Origin: Candidatus Woesearchaeota archaeon
GTDB lineage: Archaea; Nanobdellota; Nanobdellia; SCGC-AAA011-G17; GW2011-AR18
Direction: 5' to 3'
DNA length: 35,346 nucleotides
Assembly: GCA_964395935.1 (NCBI GenBank)
Contig: CAYNBR010000004.1
Coordinates: forward strand, 1-35,346
The translations under genes were made by a program, and so were the position numbers. Below, one piece after another: positions 7,407 to 16,195 of the stretch. Each line of letters starts with the position of its first letter. The stretch's first letter is position 1. The notes beneath the pieces are model-generated. The model searched no databases, was not told where the DNA came from, and saw nothing but the letters and a program-made list of their open reading frames with translations.

Positions 7407-7853
7407 TTACTTTTTTGTTAGATCTATTTGGTCTTGATCCATATCATTTAATTGGAATTCTCCAAGCTTTATTTTTTGACTTTCTTCTAATTGGTTTATT
7501 AAGTTTGAAACTGTCATATTATATTGGTGTAATTTACCAAGCATATCGTTTAAACCATTTGTAAACTCTCTAGCAGATAAGGCAATCTTTTCTGTGTCAA
7601 TTAATTCTATACTTGATGGTAAGTAATCGTAACAGAAATTTATTAATGCAGTAAAATCGTTTACTTTTAATTCAACTTCTATTAATGAAGCATGAATTCT
7701 TTCTTTTACCTTTTCTGCTTTATTTATTTTTTCTTTTTCTACTTTTATTCCAGCTTCAGATTTTAATTTTTTAATTACGTTTTCTGTTACTTGGTTTACA
7801 TAGTCTTCTGGATACCCAAGAACTTCTACCAATGCCCTTATTGTGAATACCAT
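7407..7853 (-). CDS. hypothetical cytoplasmic protein
   Basis: 148-aa ORF with no TM segment and an acidic coiled-coil-like C-terminus. It starts 1 nt after the stop of the upstream surface-protein gene, so it is probably co-transcribed. Confidence 0.5.
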   Translation of the reverse strand: MVFTIRALVEVLGYPEDYVNQVTENVIKKLKSEAGIKVEKEKINKAEKVKERIHASLIEVELKVNDFTALINFCYDYLPSSIELIDTEKIALSAREFTNGLNDMLGKLHQYNMTVSNLINQLEESQKIKLGEFQLNDMDQDQIDLTKK

Positions 7854-7854
7854 T

Positions 7855-8793
7855 TTAACCAGTTGTTTTTGTTATTAGTTTGTTCGGCAATACATAAATC
7901 ACAGTAAATATTATTATTGCTATTATGAAATATAAGCTGTATTTTTTCGCTTTTTCTCCAGCTGATTCATAGATAATATTGCCTGTAATTGAATTCTCGG
8001 AAAGATTTATATTGCTTTCGGAGTTAAGTAAATAGTCGTTACTTGTGATATTAATATTATCATTTGATGATTGATCTGTTGAACATGTATTTTCTATGAA
8101 TATAGGTTCATTGAATTCTTTATTGAATAAACTTATTTTTAATGTATAGTTTCCTGTAATTGTGCTGCAATCGTAGGGTATTTGTGAATAAATTGTCAAA
8201 TTTGATGTTTGATATTCATTTAATATTACTTCTTCTGTAGAAATGTTTGCGATTGATACTTTTAATGTTTGATTGCTTAGATTTCCAGTATAAATATTCA
8301 CTTTTGTTTTTATTGTATCATTTAATGATTCTATTCTCCCTTTATTTAATGTTGTTTTATAATCAAAATATGGATTGGTATCTTGGTATACATAAATAAA
8401 TACCTCTTTTTCTGAATATGTTATGTTGTTTGTATTGTTGCAGTCTATTGAAATTAATTTGTTTTTTATTTTTATGTTGCCTGGTAATTTTAAATTTGGA
8501 GTATAGGACTTTGCATTTAAGTTTGTAGTATTTGTTTTATCTTTTATTATGTTGTTTGTATTATTTTCTATCCAATACTCTATTATAAAAGTTGAGTTTT
8601 TTAAAGATAGATTATTATAGAAGGTTATTTTATCTTTATTGTTGTAATAATCTTTGTCTGTGTTTATGGTTAAATTTGTATAGCATTCATTTTCCATATC
8701 TGAAACAGTTTTGTTATAACAGATTTCTATTACCTTACTTGCATGAATTATTGGCAGCATTATTAAGATTAAAATTATTATTTCTTTTTTCAT
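7855..8793 (-). CDS. sequon-rich surface protein with signal peptide and C-terminal TM anchor
   Basis: Signal peptide (IIILILIMLPIIHA), very dense NxS/T sequons, and a C-terminal TM helix (YSLYFIIAIIIFTVIYVL). Confidence 0.6.
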   Translation of the reverse strand: MKKEIIILILIMLPIIHASKVIEICYNKTVSDMENECYTNLTINTDKDYYNNKDKITFYNNLSLKNSTFIIEYWIENNTNNIIKDKTNTTNLNAKSYTPNLKLPGNIKIKNKLISIDCNNTNNITYSEKEVFIYVYQDTNPYFDYKTTLNKGRIESLNDTIKTKVNIYTGNLSNQTLKVSIANISTEEVILNEYQTSNLTIYSQIPYDCSTITGNYTLKISLFNKEFNEPIFIENTCSTDQSSNDNINITSNDYLLNSESNINLSENSITGNIIYESAGEKAKKYSLYFIIAIIIFTVIYVLPNKLITKTTG

Positions 8794-8884
8794 ACTTATG
8801 TTAAGAAGTTGAAATTAAAAAGAGTTTATGATAATTTTTTGTAAAACTTTCAATAAATATGCCATAAATTCAAATAATTGGAAA

Positions 8885-10555
8885 TTATTGTGTTGTTGGT
8901 CTCTTTTTTATCAAGAAATATGTAAATATTGCTAAAATAATTGGATAAATTACAAGTAAAACTATTGATTTATAATTTATTGCAGATGAATAAGTCAGTA
9001 AACTTTCTAAACTTCTTATGGCTAATGTTAATGGTAAATTATTGCCTATAGTTTTTATTAATGATGGCATTATTTCTACCGGGAAGAACAAGTTGCTTAA
9101 GAAAAACATTGGAAGTATAATTAATAATGAGGTTAATAATGCTGTATTTTCTGAATTTGCTAATGAGCCTATTAATAGGCCGATTGTTATGAAATTGAAT
9201 GCGGCTAAGAAGAAGATTAGTGTCGACATTGAGGTAAGGTTTATCGCTGCGCCAAATAATAAACTCATTATTATCATGACTCCTATTTGCATTATGCTCA
9301 ATATAGTGAAATAGATTATTTTAGAGATTAATATTGTTGGTATATTTATCGGGCTTAATAGTGTTCTTGCTAATGTGCCTTTCTTCTTTTCTTCAACTAT
9401 ATTTGATGAAGTTATTAATAAAATTATGAACAACAATAAAACTAATATTAATCCAGGAGATAAGAATTCAAAATATGTTTTGTCACCAAATACGTTATTT
9501 GTGTTTAAGGTTATTGGTCTTACTATTGACTTTGGGTCCCTATTTGTGTATATATCTAATAATTCTGATGTTTTGTTTAGATCATTTATTATATTTATGA
9601 CGTTTGTTGTGTAATTGTAAATTGTATTGTTTAATTTCACTAATTCGTTTTTTGTATTCTCTTTTGTAGATTTTATTAAGTCTATTTGTTCTGATATTTG
9701 GTTAATATTTGTTAAGCTTAATATATTATTTATTTTACTTTTTTCTTCTTCTAGTTTACTTTCTATTTCATTTAAATTTATTATTGAAGTATTTATTAAA
9801 TTACATTCTGATATAGATTTATTTAATTGACAGTTTAAATCATAGTAATTATTTAAAACCTTAATCTGTAAATCAATCTCTGGAGTTATGTTTAGTTTTA
9901 CTGAAGTGTTTATGGACCCAAATGTATTATTTATTGTGTTCAGGTAATTGTCTAATTTTGCTTCATCTATTTTTTTTAGGTTATTATTTATTTCATCTGT
10001 CTTTTTTTGCAATTCTATTGCTGCATCTTTACTATATTCTAGATTCGAGACTATTAACTTTAGATTGTTGTTTAAATTCCTTAAACTTATCCAAGCATTT
10101 TGTATGAACTCTGTGCCTATCTTTTCATTAAGGTCTTGCACTAGAGCTTTCATGGCGTCAACTATCAATAATGTTTCTTGAGCTCTTGAATTGTCTAAAT
10201 ATAGTTTTATTTGATCGCCATGCCCTTCTTTAATATTGTTTGAAAAATCTTTCGGGATAACTATCGCAGCTTTCAAATTCCCCTGTTTAACTAATTTTTC
10301 TGCTACAATATCACACTTCTCTCCGTTTATATCCTGGAATTTGTATAGTTTTAATTCTGGTGTTTCTAATGGGGTTTTATCTAGGTTACATATTCCTAAT
10401 TTTATCCCGGAAAATGATTTTGATGTTGTAGATTCACTAAAAATCAAACCAAGTATAGTCATTATCAAAATTGGGGCTAATATTACCAAGATTAATGTTT
10501 TTTTATCTCTTACAAATAATTCTAAATCTTTCTTTATTATTTTTATTACTTTCAT
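8885..10555 (-). CDS. ABC-2 type transporter permease with a large coiled-coil ectodomain (YhgE/Pip-like architecture)
   Basis: One N-terminal TM helix, then a hydrophilic N/K/E/I-rich segment of about 320 aa, then a C-terminal bundle of about five TM helices. It overlaps the upstream ATPase gene by 4 nt. Confidence 0.75.
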   Translation of the reverse strand: MKVIKIIKKDLELFVRDKKTLILVILAPILIMTILGLIFSESTTSKSFSGIKLGICNLDKTPLETPELKLYKFQDINGEKCDIVAEKLVKQGNLKAAIVIPKDFSNNIKEGHGDQIKLYLDNSRAQETLLIVDAMKALVQDLNEKIGTEFIQNAWISLRNLNNNLKLIVSNLEYSKDAAIELQKKTDEINNNLKKIDEAKLDNYLNTINNTFGSINTSVKLNITPEIDLQIKVLNNYYDLNCQLNKSISECNLINTSIINLNEIESKLEEEKSKINNILSLTNINQISEQIDLIKSTKENTKNELVKLNNTIYNYTTNVINIINDLNKTSELLDIYTNRDPKSIVRPITLNTNNVFGDKTYFEFLSPGLILVLLLFIILLITSSNIVEEKKKGTLARTLLSPINIPTILISKIIYFTILSIMQIGVMIIMSLLFGAAINLTSMSTLIFFLAAFNFITIGLLIGSLANSENTALLTSLLIILPMFFLSNLFFPVEIMPSLIKTIGNNLPLTLAIRSLESLLTYSSAINYKSIVLLVIYPIILAIFTYFLIKKRPTTQ

Positions 10556-11259
10556 TTTTTAACCAATTCTATAAATGCATTTTCTAAAGATTTGTATTGT
10601 TTTTTGAAATTTTTAGGAGTATCTGTTGCGATTATTTCTCCAGACCTTAGAATTGCAATTCTATCACATAATAGTTCTGCTTCATCCATATAATGTGTGC
10701 AAAATAATATCGTGATTCCTTCTTCTTTAATTTTCTCAATTGCATTCCATAATGCTCGTCTAGAAACTGGATCTACGCCTGCTGTCGGTTCATCTAAATA
10801 TAATAACTTTGGTTGATGAATTAAAGCTATGGCAATACTTAATCTTCTTTTCATACCACCAGATAATGAACCTGAAATTGAATGTGTTTTATGTTCTATG
10901 CCGAGCATTGTTAATAGTTTAGTTGATCTTTCTTTTAGGTCTTTTTTACTTAAGTTGTATAGTGATGCAAAGTATTCTAAGTTTTCATATACTGTTAATT
11001 TATCATAGAATGTTTCTTCTTGTGGGACCCAACCTATTAATTCTTTTATCTTTAATGATTTTTCTATTGGAATATTATCTATTGTTATTTTTCCAGATGT
11101 TTTTTTATTGAAACAAGTTAAAATTTTAATTAAGGTTGATTTACCTGCACCATTCGGGCCTAGAATGCCAAAAATTTCTCCTTTATTTACTTCAAAACTA
11201 ATTCCTTTTAATGCTGAAAAGTCTTTATATTTTTTAGTTAGATTGTTTATTGATAACAT
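10552..11259 (-). CDS. ABC transporter ATP-binding protein
   Basis: Walker A GPNGAGKST, ABC signature LSGGMKRRLSIA and Walker B LLYLDEPTAGVD are all present. Confidence 0.92.
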   Translation of the reverse strand: MLSINNLTKKYKDFSALKGISFEVNKGEIFGILGPNGAGKSTLIKILTCFNKKTSGKITIDNIPIEKSLKIKELIGWVPQEETFYDKLTVYENLEYFASLYNLSKKDLKERSTKLLTMLGIEHKTHSISGSLSGGMKRRLSIAIALIHQPKLLYLDEPTAGVDPVSRRALWNAIEKIKEEGITILFCTHYMDEAELLCDRIAILRSGEIIATDTPKNFKKQYKSLENAFIELVKK

Positions 11260-11295
11260 TATAAGAATGAAATAAACTAAAGATAAAAGCTTTTC

Positions 11296-11664
11296 TCATT
11301 CCTTAAATTTAGCAAATAGACTCTTTATGCTGTATTTTTTCCAATTTGATTCTTCTTTTTTTGTAAAATGTTTAACTTCATTAAATAAATTTTCCATTTC
11401 TTTATGTGCTGCTTTTACAATGTCAAAATCTGCTGCTTCTGATGTATCTTTGCTTTGCGTTGTAAATATTTTATTTGGAGTTTCTAGCATATAATTTATT
11501 AAATAACGTTTTCTATCTCCTTTTTTTGCAGTTCTAATATGTACTTTTAATTTAGCATTATCTGTTATTTTTTCAATTTTTTTAGATTGTCTGTCTATAA
11601 CTTTCTCAAGAGAAAACTTTTCTGAATCGGATAAATCTTTTATATTAGAGTATATTATCTTCAT
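11296..11664 (-). CDS. hypothetical protein, possibly S30AE/HPF (ribosome hibernation factor)-like
   Basis: 122 aa. By eye the pattern resembles HPF/YfiA: (KIEK...KVHI...YLINYMLETPNKIFTTQSKDTSEAADFDIVKAAHKEMENLFNEVKH). It overlaps the hjc 3' end by 20 nt. The family call is weak. Confidence 0.35.
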   Translation of the reverse strand: MKIIYSNIKDLSDSEKFSLEKVIDRQSKKIEKITDNAKLKVHIRTAKKGDRKRYLINYMLETPNKIFTTQSKDTSEAADFDIVKAAHKEMENLFNEVKHFTKKEESNWKKYSIKSLFAKFKE

Positions 11665-12052
11665 GCTCTTTTATTAAATTTTCAAAACTTAAACCTTTCT
11701 CTTTAGCTAATAGTAGTGAAACTGAGTAATAATTACTCTTAGTTCTTTCTAAATGTTTCGGTTTTAGGAAGTACCAACCTTGGTTATTGAATCTTATACC
11801 TATCCACGGTTCTGCTCCAAATTTATTTGAGAAATCTATTATTTGTGCTATTTCTTCTTCATATAGATATTTAATGTTGGCCTTTAGAGATTTACATTCT
11901 ATTGCCAGATATCTTTTTTTATTCCCAGCTAAAACGTCAGGATTAGGGTCTTTTGTCAAACCTGAACCTGCTATTCTAATTGCAGCCCATAAACCTGTGT
12001 TATTAAATAAGTGTACTAATTCTCTTTCTGTTCTGCTGCCTTTCGTTTTCAT
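11645..12052 (-). CDS. hjc: Holliday junction resolvase Hjc
   Basis: KGSRTERELVHLFNNTGLWAAIRIAGSG...PDVLAGNKKRYLAIECKSLK fits the Hjc nuclease motif pattern (E...D...ExK). Confidence 0.8.
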   Translation of the reverse strand: MKTKGSRTERELVHLFNNTGLWAAIRIAGSGLTKDPNPDVLAGNKKRYLAIECKSLKANIKYLYEEEIAQIIDFSNKFGAEPWIGIRFNNQGWYFLKPKHLERTKSNYYSVSLLLAKEKGLSFENLIKEHEDNIL

Positions 12053-12123
12053 ACTTTTAAAAGTACTGAATTGTATAAATAACTTTTGGATAACCTTTTA
12101 AATTTTTTTAGCGGCCATTTTTT

Positions 12124-12531
12124 ATGATTGATTTATTATATGTGGATATTGATGCTACTAGAAGGAAAGAAATTGAATCACTTCTTCAAGCTACAGCTAA
12201 GAGAAGAGATAGAAACTATATTTCTTTTTCAGACCATGCAAATGCTTTAGAATATTTAAGAAAACATTCTTATTTGCCTAGAATTGAGGTTGTTACACTT
12301 ACAGAGCTAGGAGATTTAAGTTTTGGTCATGCAATGGATATGTATAGGGATTATGAGAGAAGAAGGTGGGCTGAGAGATGTTTTTGTTTAATATATACTA
12401 CTCCCGAACAAGTTAAAGAGGCTAGGAAAGTTGTTGGTGAAACTGATGTTGTTAAATTTATAGAAGCTTCTGATAGGCTTAAACTTTTCAGATATATTGG
12501 TTTAGAAAATCAACTTAACTTAAGACAATAA
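12124..12531 (+). CDS. stand-alone receiver (CheY-like) fold protein, apparently lacking the phospho-acceptor Asp
   Basis: The secondary-structure-like periodicity resembles a receiver domain: LLYVDID at the end of beta1, EVVTLTELGDLSFG where DxxMPxMDG is expected, CLIYTT (conserved T) and VVKFIEA (conserved K). This is a by-eye alignment only. Confidence 0.35.
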   Translation: MIDLLYVDIDATRRKEIESLLQATAKRRDRNYISFSDHANALEYLRKHSYLPRIEVVTLTELGDLSFGHAMDMYRDYERRRWAERCFCLIYTTPEQVKEARKVVGETDVVKFIEASDRLKLFRYIGLENQLNLRQ

Positions 12532-12566
12532 ATTTTTCATTGAACTTCTAAATTTTACTTATTTCT

Positions 12567-13346
12567 TTATTCTACTGAAAAATATCTTTTAGCTTTTTCT
12601 AAGGTTTCTACTGTGCCAATATCAAACCATAAATTTCCCGGATGGCGAAAACCATACACTGCAACATTTTGTTTTTCGACTAAATATTTCCATAGTTTAC
12701 CTGTCTTGTCTACTGGAGTGTGTTCTCCAGGATTAGCTATTTTTTCTCTTTCAATATAAGCCAATACGTACCTAAAATCTTTTTCATGGAGAATGTAATA
12801 ACCTCCATTTGCATAATTTGTTTTTGGAACTTCTGGCTTTTCTTCTATACCTGTTACTCTCCCTTCTAAACTTAATTCTACTACACCAAACCTACCTGCT
12901 AATTCTTCTTTAGGCATATCATGGAATACGATGCTTGTTGCACCTGTATTTCTAAAATGTTCAACAAATCTATCTGGATTGAACTCAGCTGTTATATCAT
13001 CTCCTTGTGCAATGTAAATTCCTTCTTCTATTTTTGAATAACTTTTAATTTTGTTTATTCCAAAGGCTATATCTCCAACTGAACCTAATCGTTCTTCATT
13101 ATTATTTGTATTATTTGAAAGAACTTTTATTGGTTTTTTTAATCCTAAAATTTTTACTAATGTTTCAAATCTAGTTAATAGAACGTTATTTGTTAATAAA
13201 AAAAGTTCATCTATCTCTCTTGAGGAATCTAAGGCTCTTAAATTATAAGTAATTGCCGGTTTATCTGGTTCGATTTCTACAAACATTTTTGGAACTGGAT
13301 GAGCCATTCTTGTTCCATAGCCAGCTGCTAAAACTAGTGCTTTCAT
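12567..13346 (-). CDS. sugar-1-phosphate nucleotidylyltransferase
   Basis: The N-terminus MKALVLAAGYGTRM carries the GxGTR nucleotide-binding loop typical of NTP-transferase family enzymes. Confidence 0.75.
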   Translation of the reverse strand: MKALVLAAGYGTRMAHPVPKMFVEIEPDKPAITYNLRALDSSREIDELFLLTNNVLLTRFETLVKILGLKKPIKVLSNNTNNNEERLGSVGDIAFGINKIKSYSKIEEGIYIAQGDDITAEFNPDRFVEHFRNTGATSIVFHDMPKEELAGRFGVVELSLEGRVTGIEEKPEVPKTNYANGGYYILHEKDFRYVLAYIEREKIANPGEHTPVDKTGKLWKYLVEKQNVAVYGFRHPGNLWFDIGTVETLEKAKRYFSVE

Positions 13347-13411
13347 AGAGTTTTGGATTAACTTATAATTTAAATTGATTTGTTTTCTAAAAAAATAAAT
13401 AAATAAAAAAT

Positions 13412-13597
13412 TTAGATATCTCTAGGCTGGATTGTTGATCTCTTGTTTTCCTTTGCTCTTTCGCATGCTTTTTGTATTAATTTTTCAACTTCTACACTTA
13501 AAGCATCTGCAAAATCTCCAGAAACATTCATTCCCTTTGCAACGTCTTTTATTTTACTTCTCACTACAACCAATTCACTCATTTTAGTTACCTCCAA
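13412..13597 (-). CDS. small histone-fold-like protein (DUF1931-like)
   Basis: 61 aa. SELVVVRSKIKDVAKGMNVSGDFADALSVEVEKLIQKACERAKENKRSTIQPRDI resembles single histone-fold DUF1931 proteins as I remember them. Confidence 0.45.
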   Translation of the reverse strand: MEVTKMSELVVVRSKIKDVAKGMNVSGDFADALSVEVEKLIQKACERAKENKRSTIQPRDI

Positions 13598-13723
13598 TTC
13601 TGTATAAATAGCTTTTCTAAGCCTTGTAATACTGTTTTAAGCAAAATTGATTGATAGTCCTATATAAGCTTTTCTTTATTTCTTTTCAATAGTATTTGGG
13701 AAATTTAAATATGGCTTAAAGTT

Positions 13724-15214
13724 TTAAGAATCTGCTTGTGGTTTCATGAATGGAAATAAAATTACATCTTTAATTGAATCTTTTGCAGTAATTGTCATTA
13801 TTAATCTATCTATGCCCATGCCATATCCTGCTGTTGGCGGCATTCCTACTTCTAGTGCATTAATAAAATCTTTATCTAATGGCATTGCTGCTTCATCTCC
13901 CCTTTTCAATAAACTTTGCTGTTCTTCTAGCCTATTTTTTTGATCTATAGGATCATTTAATTCATCGTATGCTTTTACTAATTCTGAACCATTTACTAAT
14001 AATTGGAAGCTATTAATCTTACTTGGATCTTTTTCATTTCTTTTAGCTAAAGCAATCATTTCTACTGGATAATTTGTTAGAAATGTTGGTTGAATTATTT
14101 TTGATCTGCAAACTCTTTTGTATAGTTCATCCATTAAAGTTCCATAATGTTTTGCTTCTTTTACATTTACATTTGGAATTTTTTTCTTCTCAATTTCTTT
14201 TTTTAAAGATTCTAGGTCTTTAGTTTTATCTATATCAATTCCTGTTTCTTTCAAAATAAAATCTTTGAATTTAATTCTTTTAAATGGTGGTTTGAAGTTA
14301 AGTTTTATATTGCCTAGAGGAACTTCATAAGTTCCATTAACTTCTTTTACTAATTTTGGGACTAACTCTTCAGTCATCTCCATTAATTTTTCATAGTTTG
14401 CATATGCATAATAAAATTCTAGCATGGTAAATTCTGGATTATGTGTTGTATCTATATCTTCATTTCTAAAGTTTTTACAGATTGTATAAACTTTTTCAAA
14501 GCCGCCAACAACTAATCTCTTTAAATATAATTCTGGAGAAATTGATAAGAATAAGTCTATATTTAATGCATTTAGATGCGTTTTAAATGGTTTAGCAGAC
14601 GCGCCGCCATATGTTGATTGTAATAATGGTGTTTCCACTTCTAAGAATCCCTGATTATTAAAATATTCCCTGATTGTACTAATTATTTTTGTTCTTTTTA
14701 CAAAAGTTTCTCTCACTTCTGGGTTTACTGTTAAATCTAAATATCTCTGTCTGTATCTTATTTCTGTATTTTGTAAACCATGGAATTTTTCTGGTAAAGG
14801 TTGTAATGACTTTGATAATATCTCTAATCTTTTTACCCAAATAGATACTTCTCCTGTTTTTGTGCAAAATATTGTACCTTCTATCCCAACTATGTCTCCC
14901 AAATCTAAATTTTTGAATAATAAATATAATTTTTCTCCAACTTCATCTTCTCTAATATAAAATTGCATTTTTCCAGACTGATCTTGTAAATGACCAAATG
15001 AAGCTTTTCCCATCATTCTTAATGTCATTATTCTTCCAGCTACTGAAACTTTATCTTTTGTTTTTTCTTCTTTCTTTAATTTAGAATATTTATTTAAAAT
15101 TTCATCTGTATGATGTGTTTGATTATAGGAATGGGGATAAGGATTAAAACCTAATTTTTTTATAGCTTCTAACTTTTCTAATCTTTGTTTTATCAAACTA
15201 TTCTCTTGTTCCAT
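13724..15214 (-). CDS. lysS: lysine--tRNA ligase, class II
   Basis: Class II motifs are present: FRNEDIDTTHNPEFTMLEFYYAYANY and GMPPTAGYGMGIDRLIM. An N-terminal OB anticodon-binding region is also present. Confidence 0.93.
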   Translation of the reverse strand: MEQENSLIKQRLEKLEAIKKLGFNPYPHSYNQTHHTDEILNKYSKLKKEEKTKDKVSVAGRIMTLRMMGKASFGHLQDQSGKMQFYIREDEVGEKLYLLFKNLDLGDIVGIEGTIFCTKTGEVSIWVKRLEILSKSLQPLPEKFHGLQNTEIRYRQRYLDLTVNPEVRETFVKRTKIISTIREYFNNQGFLEVETPLLQSTYGGASAKPFKTHLNALNIDLFLSISPELYLKRLVVGGFEKVYTICKNFRNEDIDTTHNPEFTMLEFYYAYANYEKLMEMTEELVPKLVKEVNGTYEVPLGNIKLNFKPPFKRIKFKDFILKETGIDIDKTKDLESLKKEIEKKKIPNVNVKEAKHYGTLMDELYKRVCRSKIIQPTFLTNYPVEMIALAKRNEKDPSKINSFQLLVNGSELVKAYDELNDPIDQKNRLEEQQSLLKRGDEAAMPLDKDFINALEVGMPPTAGYGMGIDRLIMTITAKDSIKDVILFPFMKPQADS

Positions 15215-15297
15215 TTTAATTATGGTTTCATTTTCATTAAAAAAGGTTTCTAATTAGAGAAAAGAAAGAAAAACTTTATATAGCTCTATAAATCAAA

Positions 15298-16179
15298 ATG
15301 TTTATGAAAAGAGTTTATGCTGGTGTGATACTGTTATTTGTTTTGAGTGCTGCCATGTTTACAGTTTTATTTAGAGATAATTTTACAGGATTTGCTTATA
15401 TGCCGTCTATGGGTGGTAATCCTTATCAATTTCCAATGGGCACTCCCCAACAAAGTGTAATATCGAATGCTGTTACTTTAAACTGTAATGATCCTGATAG
15501 GTCTATTAATAATAATCCATCTCAGGATATGTACACAAAAACTACATTAACTATAACGGATGGTTTTGGTAGTACTATTAGAAGTGCAACTGATACTTGT
15601 TCAAATAGTTTAACTTATAGTACTACACAAGAATCAAATACAGGTTATGCTTTATTGGAAAGAATTTGTTTACCGAATTCAGGGCAAATTTCAACTACAA
15701 GATATAATTGTCCACAGGGCTACATTTGTAATACTGGAAAATGTGTTACTCAAACACAGACTACAAATCAAGCTTCTACTTCTAGTATAACCAATAATCC
15801 TCAAACTTGTCCAGCTTGTCCTACAACCCAACCAACTTCTCAATTAGATACTCAAATGCCAGATCTTTTTCATACTAGCGCACTTGCTATAGTCAATAGT
15901 GTTGGTGATAAAGTTTCTTTGCATGCAAATTTAGGTGGTCATGCTGTTGTTTATGGTGCGGAAATTAAGGCTATAGACTTTACTAAACTTACTGCAGAAG
16001 TAGAATTTAATGCTCCTGCTGGCAGACAAACTAAACAAATAGCTATAAATGGGCAACCAAATGTAGTTGTTTTTGGGGGGACTACTTTTACAAATTTTGA
16101 TGCATTAGATGTACAGATAGTTATGAAGTCTTTTACATCAACTAGTGCTTCTGTGGTTTTATCATTACTAAAATCTTAA
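15298..16179 (+). CDS. secreted or anchored protein with a 6-Cys domain and Thr/Gln-rich linker
   Basis: N-terminal TM/signal (VYAGVILLFVLSAAMF) and a CxDxD...DxC...ExxCLP...CPxGYxCxxGxC domain shared with the next gene. The true start may be the second ATG at 15304, which gives better TATA spacing. Confidence 0.6.
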   Translation: MFMKRVYAGVILLFVLSAAMFTVLFRDNFTGFAYMPSMGGNPYQFPMGTPQQSVISNAVTLNCNDPDRSINNNPSQDMYTKTTLTITDGFGSTIRSATDTCSNSLTYSTTQESNTGYALLERICLPNSGQISTTRYNCPQGYICNTGKCVTQTQTTNQASTSSITNNPQTCPACPTTQPTSQLDTQMPDLFHTSALAIVNSVGDKVSLHANLGGHAVVYGAEIKAIDFTKLTAEVEFNAPAGRQTKQIAINGQPNVVVFGGTTFTNFDALDVQIVMKSFTSTSASVVLSLLKS

Positions 16180-16195
16180 TTTGGAAATACTAAAA

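Noticed and set aside
9018-10562. A series of plus-strand ORFs (9018..9314, 9375..9614, 9627..9830, 9922..10107, 9948..10181, 10236..10562) opposite the ABC-2 permease gene.
   Set aside because: They are antisense shadow ORFs of a well-supported minus-strand gene in AT-rich DNA. Their translations are low-complexity F/I/L/N-rich strings with no motifs.
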